Assembly (NCBI GenBank): GCA_947486575.1
Contig: CANKUB010000008.1
Span: 1,582 to 65,581, forward strand
From: Betaproteobacteria bacterium
GTDB taxonomy: Bacteria; Pseudomonadota; Gammaproteobacteria; Burkholderiales; SG8-41
Length of the DNA stretch: 64,000 nucleotides
Direction of reading: 5' to 3'
Shown: positions 1 through 9,324 of the stretch, piece by piece
Layout: every line of letters begins with the position of its first letter
Position numbering within the stretch: position 1 is the first letter of the stretch
Notes under the pieces: model-generated
Seen by the model: only the letters and a program-made list of their open reading frames with translations
Told to the model about the DNA's origin: nothing
Databases searched by the model: none
Translations under genes and position numbers: made by a program

Positions 1-289
1 CGATGCCGAACACGCGCCCGTTCGGCACCATGTGCGCAAAGCGCATGGCGAAGTAGCCGGTGCCTGCACCGATATCTGCAATGACGGCGTCGGGCTTGAG
101 CTTTAGTGCCTGAATCACTTCGCGCGGCTTTTGCCAGACGTCACGTTTTGGGTCGTCAAATTTTTTCGCCCACTGTTCTGCGTCGCTGAAACTGTGGTGA
201 CCGGTGTGGTGTGATTGTGCTGCGCAGGCGACGACTGGTATTACTGCCAGCAGGTACAGCAATAAGTGATTGCCCAGCGTGAATTTCAT
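1..289 (-). CDS. class I SAM-dependent methyltransferase, N-terminal part (3' end lies beyond the window start)
   Basis: Reverse-strand translation from the ATG at 289-287 gives MKFTLGNHLLLYLLAV... (signal-like), then ...DAVIADIGAGTGYFAMRFAHMVPNGRVFGI, which contains SAM-binding motif I (DxGxGxG). Confidence 0.7.
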   Translation of the reverse strand, partial: MKFTLGNHLLLYLLAVIPVVACAAQSHHTGHHSFSDAEQWAKKFDDPKRDVWQKPREVIQALKLKPDAVIADIGAGTGYFAMRFAHMVPNGRVFGI

Positions 290-296
290 ATTGTTT

Positions 297-317
297 TTTA
301 AAAACAAAGGGTTATAC
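297..317 (+). repeat. AT-rich boundary motif, copy 1
   Basis: TTTAAAAACAAAGGGTTATAC (core AACAA-AGGG-TTA), between the methyltransferase start (289) and the nitroreductase stop (320). Confidence 0.7.
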
Positions 318-319
318 GT

Positions 320-1177
320 TTACTTCAGGCTGAATTTTTTGTCGCGAATGAACGCGCCAAAATCAGACCGCTCCGGCACGGAATAGTGCCGGGCTTTGTC
401 TTCTGACCAGCCGTTGAATGGCACGTCGGGATACAGATTTTTGTAGCGTTGCTTGCGCAGCGGAAATAGCGCGTGTCGGCGCTGGTCGTAGGCGTCGATT
501 TTTTCTTTGATGCCGGATTCATCAAAGCGATCGGTGTGGGTGGTGATGTTTAAATCGAGGCGCGCGGTGACGTGGCCTTTTTCCAACGGGTAGCCCACGC
601 AGAGGCCAGCGATCGGGAATACGCCGTCGGGCAATCCGAGAATGTCGCTGGTTTCGCGCGGGTGATTGCGCACGGCGCTGATGGGCACGGTGCCCAAGCC
701 TGCGGCTTCGGCGGCACGAATGAATTGCGACAGGATGATGCCCGCGTCCACAGCGGCGTTCATGAAGTGATCGAGGTGTTCGTTGACGAATGGTTTACCG
801 CGCCATTCGCCGATCTGGCGGATGCGGCGGTTGTTGCCGCAGAACACCAGAAACACCGGCGCGTTGTTGATCCACGCCATGTCGGGGATGAGATCGGCGA
901 TGGCTTTGATTTTGGCGCGGTCGGCGACGTGGATAATGTCGGCCTGCTGCAAATCGGATTTGGAGGGCGCCGACAGCGCCGCCGCGTACAGGAGTTTCAA
1001 CAGCGCGGCGTCAACCGGCTGCTCCGTCCATTTGCGATGCGAGCTGTGTTCGAACATGCGCCGCAGTTCGCTGATGCCCTCGTCCGGCACGCCCTCAGGC
1101 ACGGAAAGAGACTCGCCAAAGCGGGTCAGTGTGGCTTTTTCGATACAGCTGGAATCACTGGATGGTGGCGGGTTCAT
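320..1177 (-). CDS. nitroreductase-family NAD(P)H oxidoreductase (NfsA-like)
   Basis: 285 aa ORF. Nitroreductase-fold signatures are present (HRKWTEQPVD, SAPSKSDLQQ, PVFLVFCG, AGLGTVPI). The long overlapping + strand ORFs are antisense shadows. Confidence 0.85.
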   Translation of the reverse strand: MNPPPSSDSSCIEKATLTRFGESLSVPEGVPDEGISELRRMFEHSSHRKWTEQPVDAALLKLLYAAALSAPSKSDLQQADIIHVADRAKIKAIADLIPDMAWINNAPVFLVFCGNNRRIRQIGEWRGKPFVNEHLDHFMNAAVDAGIILSQFIRAAEAAGLGTVPISAVRNHPRETSDILGLPDGVFPIAGLCVGYPLEKGHVTARLDLNITTHTDRFDESGIKEKIDAYDQRRHALFPLRKQRYKNLYPDVPFNGWSEDKARHYSVPERSDFGAFIRDKKFSLK

Positions 1178-1198
1178 CGGAAATATCCTGTGCGGGAA

Positions 1199-1230
1199 GT
1201 TAAAATATTTAATTAAAACAATAAGTTATG
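1199..1230 (+). repeat. AT-rich boundary motif, copy 2 (extended form)
   Basis: GTTAAAATATTTAATTAAAACAATAAGTTATG, 22 nt upstream of the nitroreductase start, in the divergent region with rpsP. Confidence 0.8.
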
Positions 1231-1299
1231 TTATTATATCAAGATTGCGTGCGCTTATTCGCCTGCGCGACACGCGCGACTTTATGCCGAGTACATTTC

Positions 1300-1329
1300 T
1301 TGCCTGCGGGCGGGAAAGTGTCGTAAAAT
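1300..1329 (+). promoter_or_regulatory. candidate sigma70 promoter of the rpsP operon
   Basis: TTGCCT (1300-1305), 18 bp spacer, TAAAAT (1324-1329), about 125 nt upstream of the rpsP ATG. Sequence match only. Confidence 0.35.
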
Positions 1330-1452
1330 CACGCCCTTTCGATTTTCGCCCGCGCTGCTGTCCGTTTTAAATTTATCGGCGTGGGATCAGGCATTTGTCG
1401 TAGTTTGTTTTATTTTTGTTTTACCGTCTCATACAGGCAAGGAAATAACCCC

Positions 1453-1734
1453 ATGGTAGTGATTCGTTTAGCGCGCGGTGGCGCCAAAAAGCGTCCTTTT
1501 TATAACGTCGTCGTGGCCGATTCGCGCCGCGCACGTGATGGCCGTTTTATTGAGCGTATCGGATTTTACGATCCCAAGGCCCCCGCTGGCCACGAAACCT
1601 TTCGCCTTGACCGTGCGCGTCTGACGCACTGGCAATCAGTCGGCGCGCAGCCTTCTGATACCGTCAGCCGCTTGGCCAAGCAATTTGGCAAGGTGGCGGG
1701 TGCTGTGCCCGCAGCAGAGTCCGCCCCTGCCTGA
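1453..1734 (+). CDS. rpsP: 30S ribosomal protein S16
   Basis: [41 protein letters not shown] is a canonical S16 N-terminus. An AAGGA RBS precedes the ATG at 1453. The ORF-track start at 1381 is an upstream extension. Confidence 0.95.
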   Translation: MVVIRLARGGAKKRPFYNVVVADSRRARDGRFIERIGFYDPKAPAGHETFRLDRARLTHWQSVGAQPSDTVSRLAKQFGKVAGAVPAAESAPA

Positions 1735-2308
1735 TATAGCGCCCGATAATTTGGTGGAAATGGGGCACATCAGTGCTCCATTTGGAATCAAGGGCTGGGT
1801 CAGAGTGCAGTCTTATTCTGATGCCAGCGGACTGGCGAATTACCCAACGTGGTGGCTCAGCGGTAAGGCCAGTAATACCGGTAGCAGGGGTAGTGCTGGT
1901 GCAAAAGACTGGCGTGAAGTTGAGGTAGTGCAGGCGCAGGTGCAAGGCGCTGATGTGGTGGCAAAGCTGGCCGGATGTGAAGATCGCGATATAGCGGCGA
2001 GTTTCAAGGGCCGCGTTGTAGCATTGCCGCGGGATGCCTTCCCGCCAGTTGAAAAAGGCGAGTTTTATTGGGTTGATCTGGTAGGGCTCAAAGTGAAGAA
2101 TTCTGAGGGGCTGGATTTTGGCATCATCAGTTCGATGCTCGAAACCGGCGCCAATGCGGTGATGGTTGTGCAACAAAGTGCGGTTGATGGTGGCGGACAA
2201 GGGAAGCAGGAGCAGCAGGAACGATTGATTCCCTTCATTGCTAACGTGATCAGGCGTGTGGATATTGCAGCAGGTTTGATTGAAGTTGACTGGGGCGCGG
2301 ATTTTTAA
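1685..2308 (+). CDS. rimM: 16S rRNA processing protein RimM
   Basis: ...[27 protein letters not shown]... plus a PRC-barrel-like C-terminus, in the conserved position after rpsP. The start is uncertain: ATG 1685 overlaps the rpsP 3' end, and GTG 1700 is an alternative. Confidence 0.85.
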   Translation: MARWRVLCPQQSPPLPDIAPDNLVEMGHISAPFGIKGWVRVQSYSDASGLANYPTWWLSGKASNTGSRGSAGAKDWREVEVVQAQVQGADVVAKLAGCEDRDIAASFKGRVVALPRDAFPPVEKGEFYWVDLVGLKVKNSEGLDFGIISSMLETGANAVMVVQQSAVDGGGQGKQEQQERLIPFIANVIRRVDIAAGLIEVDWGADF

Positions 2309-2320
2309 CCGTGACTGCGG

Positions 2321-3097
2321 ATGTTGCAGATTGATGTAGTCACACTGTTCCCCAAAATGTTCGACGCGATTACCGAGTCGGGCATTACCGGCAGGGCGCG
2401 TGAGCGCAGGGCATATCAGTTTTTGCCGTGGAACCCGCGGGATTTTGCGGCCAACACGCATCGTACGGTGGATGATCGGCCTTACGGCGGTGGTCCTGGC
2501 ATGTTGATGATGGTTGAGCCGCTGGCAAAAGCCATACGCGCGGCGCGGCAGCGGCAGGTGAGTGCAGGCGTGGCAAAGCCGCGCGTGATTTACCTCTCGC
2601 CGCAGGGCAAGTTGTTGACGCATCAGCTGGTGATGTCGCTGGCAGCGGAATCAGGGTTGGTGTTGCTGGCCGGGCGTTATGAAGGGGTGGATGAGCGGTT
2701 GATTGCGCGCGACATTGATGAGGAAATTTCCATCGGGGATTTCGTCATGTCGGGCGGTGAAATCGCTGCGATGGCTTTGATGGATGCGGTGATTCGACAA
2801 TTGCCCGGTGTATTGGGCGATGCAGATTCCGCGCAGCAGGATTCGTTTGTGAGCGGGTTGCTGGATTGTCCGCACTACACGCGGCCTGAGGTGTACGAAG
2901 GTGTTGCAGTGCCGCCAGTGTTGATGTCGGGCAATCATGCAGACATAAACCGCTGGCGCTTGAAGCAGGCATTGGGCAGAACGCAGCAACGCAGGCCGGA
3001 CTTATTTGCAGAACGATTTGAAGCGCGCGGCATGAGTCAGGATGAACGCACGCTACTGGAAGAATACAGGAACGAAGCACAAGGAGCAGCAAAATGA
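2321..3097 (+). CDS. trmD: tRNA (guanine37-N1)-methyltransferase
   Basis: [26 protein letters not shown]...[13 protein letters not shown]...GRYEGVDER are canonical TrmD motifs. Operon position fits. Confidence 0.95.
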   Translation: MLQIDVVTLFPKMFDAITESGITGRARERRAYQFLPWNPRDFAANTHRTVDDRPYGGGPGMLMMVEPLAKAIRAARQRQVSAGVAKPRVIYLSPQGKLLTHQLVMSLAAESGLVLLAGRYEGVDERLIARDIDEEISIGDFVMSGGEIAAMALMDAVIRQLPGVLGDADSAQQDSFVSGLLDCPHYTRPEVYEGVAVPPVLMSGNHADINRWRLKQALGRTQQRRPDLFAERFEARGMSQDERTLLEEYRNEAQGAAK

Positions 3098-3522
3098 ACT
3101 TGTTAGATGAACTTGAAAACGAAGAAATCGCGCGCTTGGGCAAGAATGTCCCGACATTTTCTGCGGGCGATACGGTTGTGGTCAGTGTCAAAGTGGTTGA
3201 AGGCGAGCGTAAGCGCGTTCAGGCCTACGAAGGCGTGGTGATTTCCAAGCGTAATCGCGGTTTGAATTCAAACTTTATCGTGCGCAAAATTTCCTCGGGC
3301 GAAGGTGTGGAACGTACGTTCCAGACCTACTCACCGTTGATCGCCAGCATTGAAGTCAAACGCCGTGGCGACGTTGGGCGCTCGAAGCTCTATTACCTGC
3401 GTAATCTCACGGGCAAGGCTGCGCGCATCAAGGAAAAACTGGCTGTGCGTGGGGCCGCTGCTGCGGCGGTGCCGGAAATGTTGCCGGAAGCCGCTGTACC
3501 GGCAGACGCTGCGGCAAAATAA
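3094..3522 (+). CDS. rplS: 50S ribosomal protein L19 (with Ala/Pro-rich C-terminal tail)
   Basis: ...[52 protein letters not shown].. is the L19 core. An ATGA overlap links it to the trmD stop. Confidence 0.95.
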   Translation: MNLLDELENEEIARLGKNVPTFSAGDTVVVSVKVVEGERKRVQAYEGVVISKRNRGLNSNFIVRKISSGEGVERTFQTYSPLIASIEVKRRGDVGRSKLYYLRNLTGKAARIKEKLAVRGAAAAAVPEMLPEAAVPADAAAK

Positions 3523-3526
3523 ATTA

Positions 3527-3545
3527 TTTAAAATCAAATGCTTAC
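3527..3545 (+). repeat. AT-rich boundary motif, copy 3
   Basis: TTTAAAATCAAATGCTTAC (AATCAA-ATGC-TTA, an exact fit to WATCAANNNNTTR), 5 nt after the rplS stop. Confidence 0.6.
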
Positions 3546-3563
3546 TTAGTATCGCGCGTATGT

Positions 3564-3599
3564 AAAAAAGCGGCTTGTGTAAGTAAGCCGCTTTTTTTA
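3564..3599. terminator. bidirectional rho-independent terminator between convergent rplS and the GntR gene
   Basis: AAAAAAGCGGCTT-gtgtaagt-AAGCCGCTTTTTTT. A GC stem is flanked by an A-tract upstream and a T-tract downstream. Confidence 0.65.
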
Positions 3600-3641
3600 T
3601 TGGGCGTCTGGCACAGACGTGCGGCGAATAGTGTGCAGGCG

Positions 3642-4385
3642 TTACTGTCGCAAATCCCCTTTCCACAAATCGCTCAGATACTCGTGCTCACGCGTATCCA
3701 GCCAGCTCACGCGATATTCCACCGGCGTGTTGTTGTAGGTGTAGGCCACGCGCCGGATAGCCAGCACGGGTGCATTTGCAGGCACCGCCAGCGCAGCGGC
3801 CACGGTCGCCGGTGGAATTTCTGCTGACAGTCGCTCACTGATGCGAATGACGTTGATGCGATAACGCGCCTGATAGAAGGCATAAATGGTGTTGTCACGC
3901 GCGCGGTAAATGGCCTCGTTCAGCCCCGGAAACATCGCTGCCGGCACGACGATATCGTCCAGAATAACCGGGCGCCCGCCCAACTTCAGCGCGTTACGCA
4001 TGCGCAGGGTCGGCGTTCCGCGCCCGAGATCAAGGCGTGTGGCTTCGGCGGACTCCGCGCGTGCTTTGCTGAACGACAGCAGTTCATGCACGGGCAATTC
4101 CTTGCCGCCATCCTTGCGTGCAATATGAAAAAAGTAAAACAGCGTGCGGTCTTCCGTGTGCATCGCGACAAACGTGCCGCGCCCTTGTTGTCGCAACAGA
4201 ATGTTACCGGCCACCAGCGCATCCACTGCCTTGCGTATGGTACCAATGGACACGCGAAATTCGTGCGCCAGCGCCGATTCACTGGGGATGGCTTCGCCCG
4301 GCTTCCAGTCACCGGCGGCCAGTTTGCGCGTCAGCGCAATTTGCACCTGGCGATACAGCGGGTTAGCCGTGGCGTTGACTGCCAT
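3642..4385 (-). CDS. GntR-family transcriptional regulator (HTH + UTRA-type effector domain)
   Basis: N-terminus PLYRQVQIALTRKLAAGDWKPGEAIPSESALAHEFRVSIGTIRKAVDALVAGNILLRQQGRGTFV is a GntR wHTH. It is divergent from the uxaA-like cluster. Confidence 0.9.
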   Translation of the reverse strand: MAVNATANPLYRQVQIALTRKLAAGDWKPGEAIPSESALAHEFRVSIGTIRKAVDALVAGNILLRQQGRGTFVAMHTEDRTLFYFFHIARKDGGKELPVHELLSFSKARAESAEATRLDLGRGTPTLRMRNALKLGGRPVILDDIVVPAAMFPGLNEAIYRARDNTIYAFYQARYRINVIRISERLSAEIPPATVAAALAVPANAPVLAIRRVAYTYNNTPVEYRVSWLDTREHEYLSDLWKGDLRQ

Positions 4386-4577
4386 GAGACAATAAGTATT
4401 CGATGGTTGCCGACTGATCGGATGCCTGCCGGTGCTGGCGGCTCAGTTTACCACCAGCACCCCTCACTCATATAGGTCATATAGTTGACCTTGGCGGGAG
4501 CGGCGGCTACCATTTTCAAAAATAAAAGCGTGAAGGCAAGACGTTGTGGTGCAATAGCGTAGAGGCAGGCGATAGTC

Positions 4578-4592
4578 TGTACATTATTGTAT
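4578..4592. promoter_or_regulatory. candidate GntR-type operator (imperfect palindrome) in the divergent intergenic region
   Basis: TGTACATTATTGTAT contains TACA-N4-TGTA dyad symmetry, 35 nt upstream of the 4627 ATG. Sequence symmetry only. Confidence 0.3.
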
Positions 4593-4626
4593 TTAAACAA
4601 GATTTTCCGGCTACTGAGGAGCATAC

Positions 4627-4908
4627 ATGATTCATTTTCTGGTTCACGACAAGAAAGACAGCGTAGGCGTTGCCGTGGTGGAAGGCATCAAAGCCGGGCA
4701 GGAGCTTACCGGCTGGTTGATGGAGGATGACTCCACCGTCAATGTCAAGGCCATCAACGATATTCCCATTGGTCACAAGGTTGCCACCACTGCCGTCAAG
4801 AGCGGCGATACGATCTGGAAGTACGGTTTCGATATTGGCAAAGCGGTTGCTGACATCAAGATTGGCGAACACGCGCATGTGCACAACATCAAGACCAAAC
4901 GCTGGTAA
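4627..4908 (+). CDS. UxaA-family hydrolyase, small N-terminal (SAF domain) subunit
   Basis: 93 aa. ...VAVVEGIKAGQEL...INDIPIGHKVATTAVKSGDTIWKYGFDIGKAVADIKIGEHAHVHN is a SAF/altronate-dehydratase N-terminal pattern, encoded separately from the large subunit. Confidence 0.8.
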   Translation: MIHFLVHDKKDSVGVAVVEGIKAGQELTGWLMEDDSTVNVKAINDIPIGHKVATTAVKSGDTIWKYGFDIGKAVADIKIGEHAHVHNIKTKRW

Positions 4909-4947
4909 TTTCCGCAAGTGAGCCAAGAAACCGAATCGGAGATAAAA

Positions 4948-6117
4948 ATGATCAATAGCAAAACAACATTCATGGGCTACCGCCGCGAAAACGGTCGGGT
5001 AGGTGTGCGCAACCACGTCATCATTCTGCCGCTGGACGATTTATCGAACGCCTCTTGCGAGGCAGTCGCGCACAACATCAAAGGCACTACGGTTGTGGGC
5101 CATCCCTACGGTCGCCTGCAATTCGGCGCCGACCTCGAACTGCATTTCCGCACGCTGATCGGAGCGGGTTGCAACCCGAACGTCGCAGCGGTGGTGGTGA
5201 TCGGTATCGAAGAAGAATGGACCAATCGCATCGTTGAGGCTATCGCCAAAACCGGCAAGCCGGTCGTAGGCTTTGGCATCGAACTGCATGGCGATCACGA
5301 CACCATCATGCGCGCCTCCAAGGTTGCAAAAGAGTACGTGCAATGGGCGTCAGAAATCCGCCGCGTCGAATGCCCGATCAGCGATCTTTGGGTATCCACC
5401 AAATGCGGAGAATCCGATACGACATCGGGCTGCGGCGCAAACCCGACTGTCGGTAACGCGTTCGACAAGCTCGACCCGCTGGGCGTCACCATGTGCTTTG
5501 GTGAAACCACCGAAATCACCGGCGGTGAACATATCGTTGCGGATCGTTGCGCAACACCTGAAGTGCGTGCGGCGTTCATGAAAATGTTTGATCGCTATCA
5601 GGAAGTGATCGAACGTCACAAGACCAGTGATCTGTCTGATTCGCAGCCGACCAAAGGCAACATCGCGGGCGGCTTGACCACCATCGAAGAAAAAGCGCTG
5701 GGCAACATCCAGAAGATCGGCCACAAGTGCAAAGTGGTGGGCGTGCTCGACAAGGCCGAAATACCGACCAAGCCGGGCCTGTGGTTCATGGATTCCTCGT
5801 CCGCCGCTGCCGAAATGGTGACGTTATGCGCTGCATCGGGCTACGTGGTGCACTTGTTTCCGACAGGGCAGGGCAACGTCATCGGCAACCCAATCATTCC
5901 CGTGATCAAGTTGTGCGCCAACCCGCGCACCGTACGCACGATGTCCGAACACGTCGATCACGATTGCTCGGGGCTGCTGCAGCGTGAGAAGAATCTGAAT
6001 CAAACGGGTGACGAATTGATCGATATCATGCTGCGCACCTGCAACGGTCGGCTTACTGCTGCTGAAGCGCTGGGTCACAACGAGTTTGTGATGACGCGCC
6101 TGTACGAGAGCGCGTAA
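4948..6117 (+). CDS. UxaA-family hydrolyase, large subunit (sugar-acid dehydratase-like)
   Basis: [34 protein letters not shown]... is typical of the GD_AH_C/UxaA C-terminal domain. A GGAGA RBS precedes the ATG at 4948. Confidence 0.85.
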   Translation: MINSKTTFMGYRRENGRVGVRNHVIILPLDDLSNASCEAVAHNIKGTTVVGHPYGRLQFGADLELHFRTLIGAGCNPNVAAVVVIGIEEEWTNRIVEAIAKTGKPVVGFGIELHGDHDTIMRASKVAKEYVQWASEIRRVECPISDLWVSTKCGESDTTSGCGANPTVGNAFDKLDPLGVTMCFGETTEITGGEHIVADRCATPEVRAAFMKMFDRYQEVIERHKTSDLSDSQPTKGNIAGGLTTIEEKALGNIQKIGHKCKVVGVLDKAEIPTKPGLWFMDSSSAAAEMVTLCAASGYVVHLFPTGQGNVIGNPIIPVIKLCANPRTVRTMSEHVDHDCSGLLQREKNLNQTGDELIDIMLRTCNGRLTAAEALGHNEFVMTRLYESA

Positions 6118-6136
6118 AACAGGGAACAAGGCCGCT

Positions 6137-7810
6137 GTGCCTGCCACGCAACATCGAGGGGCAGACCTGCTCGCGCGCGCCCTGTCGCGCGCGGGGGCGA
6201 GGCAGTTATTTTCGCTCTCCGGCAATCAGATCATGCCGGTGTATGACGCAGCGCTGGATGCAGGCCTCACCATCACGCACGTGCGTCACGAAGGTGCTGC
6301 GGTGCACATGGCCGATGCCTGGGGGCGACTCACCGGCGAACCGGGCATTGCACTGCTCACTGGCGGGCCGGGCCACGCCAACGGCATTGGCGCGTTGTAC
6401 ACCGCACTTGCTGCTGAATCGCCGCTGGTGATGCTCTCCGGCCACGCGCCGCTCAATCAATTGGGGCGCGGCGCGTTTCAGGAAATGGCGCAGGCCGATA
6501 TCGCCGCGCCCGTTACCAAGGCATCCTTTACGACGCGCAGCGTGGAATCCCTGGGGCACGATCTGGCACGCGCCATGCGCATCGCGCGCAGTGGCCGGCC
6601 AGGGCCGGTGCATCTGAGTTTGCCGTTTGATGTGCTTGAGCACACGGTAAAAGACCCGTACGTTTGCGCGCCGGATGAAGATGATTTTTACGCGCCCGCA
6701 CAATCGATCAGCGTGGCGCTAGCAGAAGAATTACTGGCGCAAATCAACAGAGCGAAAAGCCCGTTGATCATTGCCGGGCCAATGCTCGCCAGCAGCCGGG
6801 GGCAAAATCTGCGCGATCAACTCGCGCGTGCCACTGGCGCGCCGGTGGTGTGTATGGAAAGCCCGCGCGGCATCGCCGACCCGTGCCTGGGCGCGTTTGG
6901 CGATGTGTTGCCTGACGCTGATTTGATTGTGCTCATCGGCAAGCAAGCGGATTACACCTTGCGCTTCGCGCAGCCGCCCGCAGTGGGCAAGGCGTGCCGC
7001 TTCATCGTGGTCGACCCAGATATCAACGTGCTGCGGCAAAGTGTTGCTACCATCGGCCGCGACCGCGTGGCATTGAATGTGGTAGCGGATGTGTCGCCAT
7101 CGATACACGCACTTATCGAACGCGCTGAAAAAAATGCTTTAAAAACAAATAGTTGGATGAGCGAAGTAATAGCCGCTGTGGCGTACCGCCCGGCAGCATG
7201 GGCAAGCGCTACGGCTACGCAGGCAGGCACGCTGCACGCGCTGGAAATCGGCCGCGCGGTGCAAAAAATTCTCGATGATGCAGACGATCCGATACTCGTG
7301 GTCGATGGTGGCGAATTCGGTCAATGGGCGCAGGCTTGCATGAGCGCATCCACGCGCATCATCAACGGCCCGGCAGGTTCCATCGGCAGCGCAATACCAT
7401 TTGCGCTTGCCGCGCGTGTGGCGCGCCCGAATGCAACCGTAGTGGCGGTGCTGGGTGACGGCACGTTTGGTTTTCACATGGCCGAGTTTGATACGGCCGT
7501 GCGCCATCATCTGCCTTTTGTCGCCGTCGTTGGCAATGATTCGTGCTGGAATGCGGAGTATCAAATTCAATTGCGCACCTATGGCAACGAGCGCACCGTG
7601 GGTTGCGAGTTGTTGCCGGGGGCGGCGTACGAGAAGGCGGTTATTGCATTGGGCGGACATGGCGAGCGCGTTACCAGCGCCACTGAATTGCCGGGTGCAT
7701 TGGCGCGTGCGGTGAAAGCAAAATTGCCCGCTTGCGTAAACACCATGATTGCACGCATGCCTGCGCCGACGGTATCGCGTGCGGCTACCCCCAGTGGCGG
7801 GGCACACTAA
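6137..7810 (+). CDS. thiamine pyrophosphate-binding enzyme (acetolactate synthase large-subunit-like)
   Basis: 557 aa with a GTG start. It has the TPP N-domain (GADLLARAL...FSLSGNQIMPVYDA...HEGAAVHMADAW) and a C-terminal PP-binding motif (GDGTFGFHMAEFDTAVRHHLPFVAVVGNDSCWN). Confidence 0.85.
   Translation: MPATQHRGADLLARALSRAGARQLFSLSGNQIMPVYDAALDAGLTITHVRHEGAAVHMADAWGRLTGEPGIALLTGGPGHANGIGALYTALAAESPLVMLSGHAPLNQLGRGAFQEMAQADIAAPVTKASFTTRSVESLGHDLARAMRIARSGRPGPVHLSLPFDVLEHTVKDPYVCAPDEDDFYAPAQSISVALAEELLAQINRAKSPLIIAGPMLASSRGQNLRDQLARATGAPVVCMESPRGIADPCLGAFGDVLPDADLIVLIGKQADYTLRFAQPPAVGKACRFIVVDPDINVLRQSVATIGRDRVALNVVADVSPSIHALIERAEKNALKTNSWMSEVIAAVAYRPAAWASATATQAGTLHALEIGRAVQKILDDADDPILVVDGGEFGQWAQACMSASTRIINGPAGSIGSAIPFALAARVARPNATVVAVLGDGTFGFHMAEFDTAVRHHLPFVAVVGNDSCWNAEYQIQLRTYGNERTVGCELLPGAAYEKAVIALGGHGERVTSATELPGALARAVKAKLPACVNTMIARMPAPTVSRAATPSGGAH
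7138..7156 (+). repeat. AT-rich boundary motif, copy 4 (inside a CDS)
   Basis: TTTAAAAACAAATAGTTGG, in frame within the TPP-enzyme gene, encoding ...KNALKTNSW.... Confidence 0.75.
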
Positions 7811-7814
7811 AATT

Positions 7815-8528
7815 ATGAATACGCTCAAAGTCAAAATCTGGCGCGGTACTGAAACCGGCGAGTTTCAATCGTACGAAGTGCCGCGACTCGAAAGCCAGAC
7901 CGTGCTCGACGTGGTGACGTATGTGCAGCGTCGTTTAGACCCGTCACTCGCCTATCGCTTTGCCTGCCGCGTGGGCGTGTGCGGCTCGTGTGCGATGTCG
8001 GTCAATGGTGTGTCGCGCTGGACTTGCCGCACGCATGTGTCGAAGGTGGCGCAGGATGGCAGTCTTGAAATTGCGCCGCTGCGCAATCTGCCGGTGATCC
8101 GCGATCTGGCAACGGACATGAGCGAGTTTTTCGACAAATGGGCGAAGGCACGCGGCCAGTTCACCGGCAGCAAGACACGCAAAGATGATTTCGCGGCAGT
8201 CAATCCCGAATCCAAAGAACGCAAAAGAGTCGATGCCGCGATTGAATGCATCGGTTGTGGCGTGTGTTACAGCTCGTGTGAAGTGGTGACATGGAAGCCC
8301 GATTATCTTGGCCCGGCCGCGTTGAGCCGCGCGTGGACGCTGGTGAACGATGTGCGCGATGTGGCGCAAAAGGAGCGGTTGGCCGCGGTGGCAGGTGATG
8401 CAGGATGCCATGCGTGCCACACGCACCTGAATTGTACCGAGCGCTGTCCGAAGGGTATTTCCCCGACGGCAGGCATTGCCGGACTCAAGCGTGCGATATT
8501 GAGTGCAACGCTCAAGGGCGAGATGTAG
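7815..8528 (+). CDS. succinate dehydrogenase/fumarate reductase-type iron-sulfur subunit
   Basis: Cys clusters CRVGVCGSCAMSVNG...C, CIGCGVCYSSCE and CHACHTHLNCTERCPKGI match the 2Fe-2S plus two cubane motifs of SdhB/FrdB. Confidence 0.85.
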   Translation: MNTLKVKIWRGTETGEFQSYEVPRLESQTVLDVVTYVQRRLDPSLAYRFACRVGVCGSCAMSVNGVSRWTCRTHVSKVAQDGSLEIAPLRNLPVIRDLATDMSEFFDKWAKARGQFTGSKTRKDDFAAVNPESKERKRVDAAIECIGCGVCYSSCEVVTWKPDYLGPAALSRAWTLVNDVRDVAQKERLAAVAGDAGCHACHTHLNCTERCPKGISPTAGIAGLKRAILSATLKGEM

Positions 8529-8532
8529 CGGC

Positions 8533-8868
8533 ATGAATACGCGTTCGCAAGTGCTGCTCTGGGGCGCGCAGCGCATCAGCGCGATGCTGCTGGCGGTGTG
8601 TGTGATCGTGCACTTGATCACGATCATCTACGCCGTGCGCAACGGCTTGTCGGCGTCAGAAATTCTCGGTCGCACGCGGGGCAGCGTGGCGTGGGGTGGT
8701 TTTTACGCACTGTTTGTGATGGCTGTGGCGGTTCACGCGCCCATCGGTGTGCGCAATATCTGCGCTGAATTCGGCTGGCGCGGGCGTGGAGTGGATGTGC
8801 TGATGTTTGTGCTGGCGCTTACGCTGGCAATGTGGGGCCTGCGCGCAGTGTGGGCCGTCGTTTCGTAA
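8533..8868 (+). CDS. small hydrophobic membrane-anchor subunit of the Sdh/Frd-like complex
   Basis: 111 aa with three predicted TM stretches (ISAMLLAVCVIVHLITII, GGFYALFVMAVAVHAPIG, VLMFVLALTLAMWGL). Context follows the Fe-S subunit. No specific motif was recognised. Confidence 0.6.
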   Translation: MNTRSQVLLWGAQRISAMLLAVCVIVHLITIIYAVRNGLSASEILGRTRGSVAWGGFYALFVMAVAVHAPIGVRNICAEFGWRGRGVDVLMFVLALTLAMWGLRAVWAVVS

Positions 8869-8875
8869 CCCTTCC

Positions 8876-9232
8876 ATGAAAAACGACAGTCGCTCACGCA
8901 ATCATCCGGCTTACTGGGCGTTTATGGTGCATCGCGTATCCGGTGTCGCGCTGACGCTGTTTCTGCCGCTGCATTTCTGGGCATTGGGCAACGCGCTGCA
9001 CGGTGAGGCAAAGCTCGAAAACTTTTTGCGCTGGAGCGATCAGCCACTGGTAAAGTGTGCCGAGTTCGTTCTGGTGCTGCTGCTGGCTGCGCACATGGCT
9101 GGCGGTTTGCGCCTGCTGATGCTGGAATTCATGGATTGGCATAGCGTTGGTGATCTGCAGAAAACCCTGCTGGCGGGTGCGGCTGGCGCGAGTCTTGTGG
9201 TGGGCTTATTGTTTTTGCTGAATCTGCTGTAA
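8876..9232 (+). CDS. second membrane-anchor (cytochrome b-like) subunit of the Sdh/Frd-like complex
   Basis: 118 aa. HPAYWAFMVHRVSGVALTLFLPLHFW resembles SdhC/FrdC helix I with a conserved His. Three TM stretches. Confidence 0.6.
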   Translation: MKNDSRSRNHPAYWAFMVHRVSGVALTLFLPLHFWALGNALHGEAKLENFLRWSDQPLVKCAEFVLVLLLAAHMAGGLRLLMLEFMDWHSVGDLQKTLLAGAAGASLVVGLLFLLNLL

Positions 9233-9291
9233 CTGCCGCATTGCAGCCGTAGCGAGCTTGGCGTATGGTTTGTACTCACTAAAGACGCATT

Positions 9292-9324
9292 GGTTAAATA
9301 ATGTTAAAAAACAATATATTACAT
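9292..9324 (+). repeat. AT-rich boundary motif, copy 5 (extended form, spans a start codon)
   Basis: GGTTAAATAATGTTAAAAAACAATATATTACAT. The Bug gene ATG (9301) and codons MLKNNILH lie inside the motif. Confidence 0.75.

Noticed and set aside
572-1216. Long + strand ORFs (214 and 195 aa) overlapping the nitroreductase gene. Similar antisense or off-frame ORFs occur throughout, e.g. 1664-2623, 9319-10152, 12355-13008, 13612-14367, 20477-21082, 23003-23758, 25380-26273, 27531-28238, 35175-36056, 40089-40826, 42832-43584 and 52249-52803.
   Set aside because: Their translations are Arg/Ala/His/Gly-rich low-information sequences typical of shadow ORFs opposite or out of frame with genuine GC-rich genes. 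In each case the other frame or strand encodes a protein with clear family motifs.
6588-6603. TGGCACGCGCCATGC, a near match to the sigma-54 -24/-12 consensus (TGGCACG-N4-TTGCW).
   Set aside because: It lies in the middle of the TPP-enzyme CDS with no downstream gene start, so it is probably a chance match. A second look-alike at 3609-3622 has the wrong GG-to-GC spacing and lies in the rplS/GntR terminator region.
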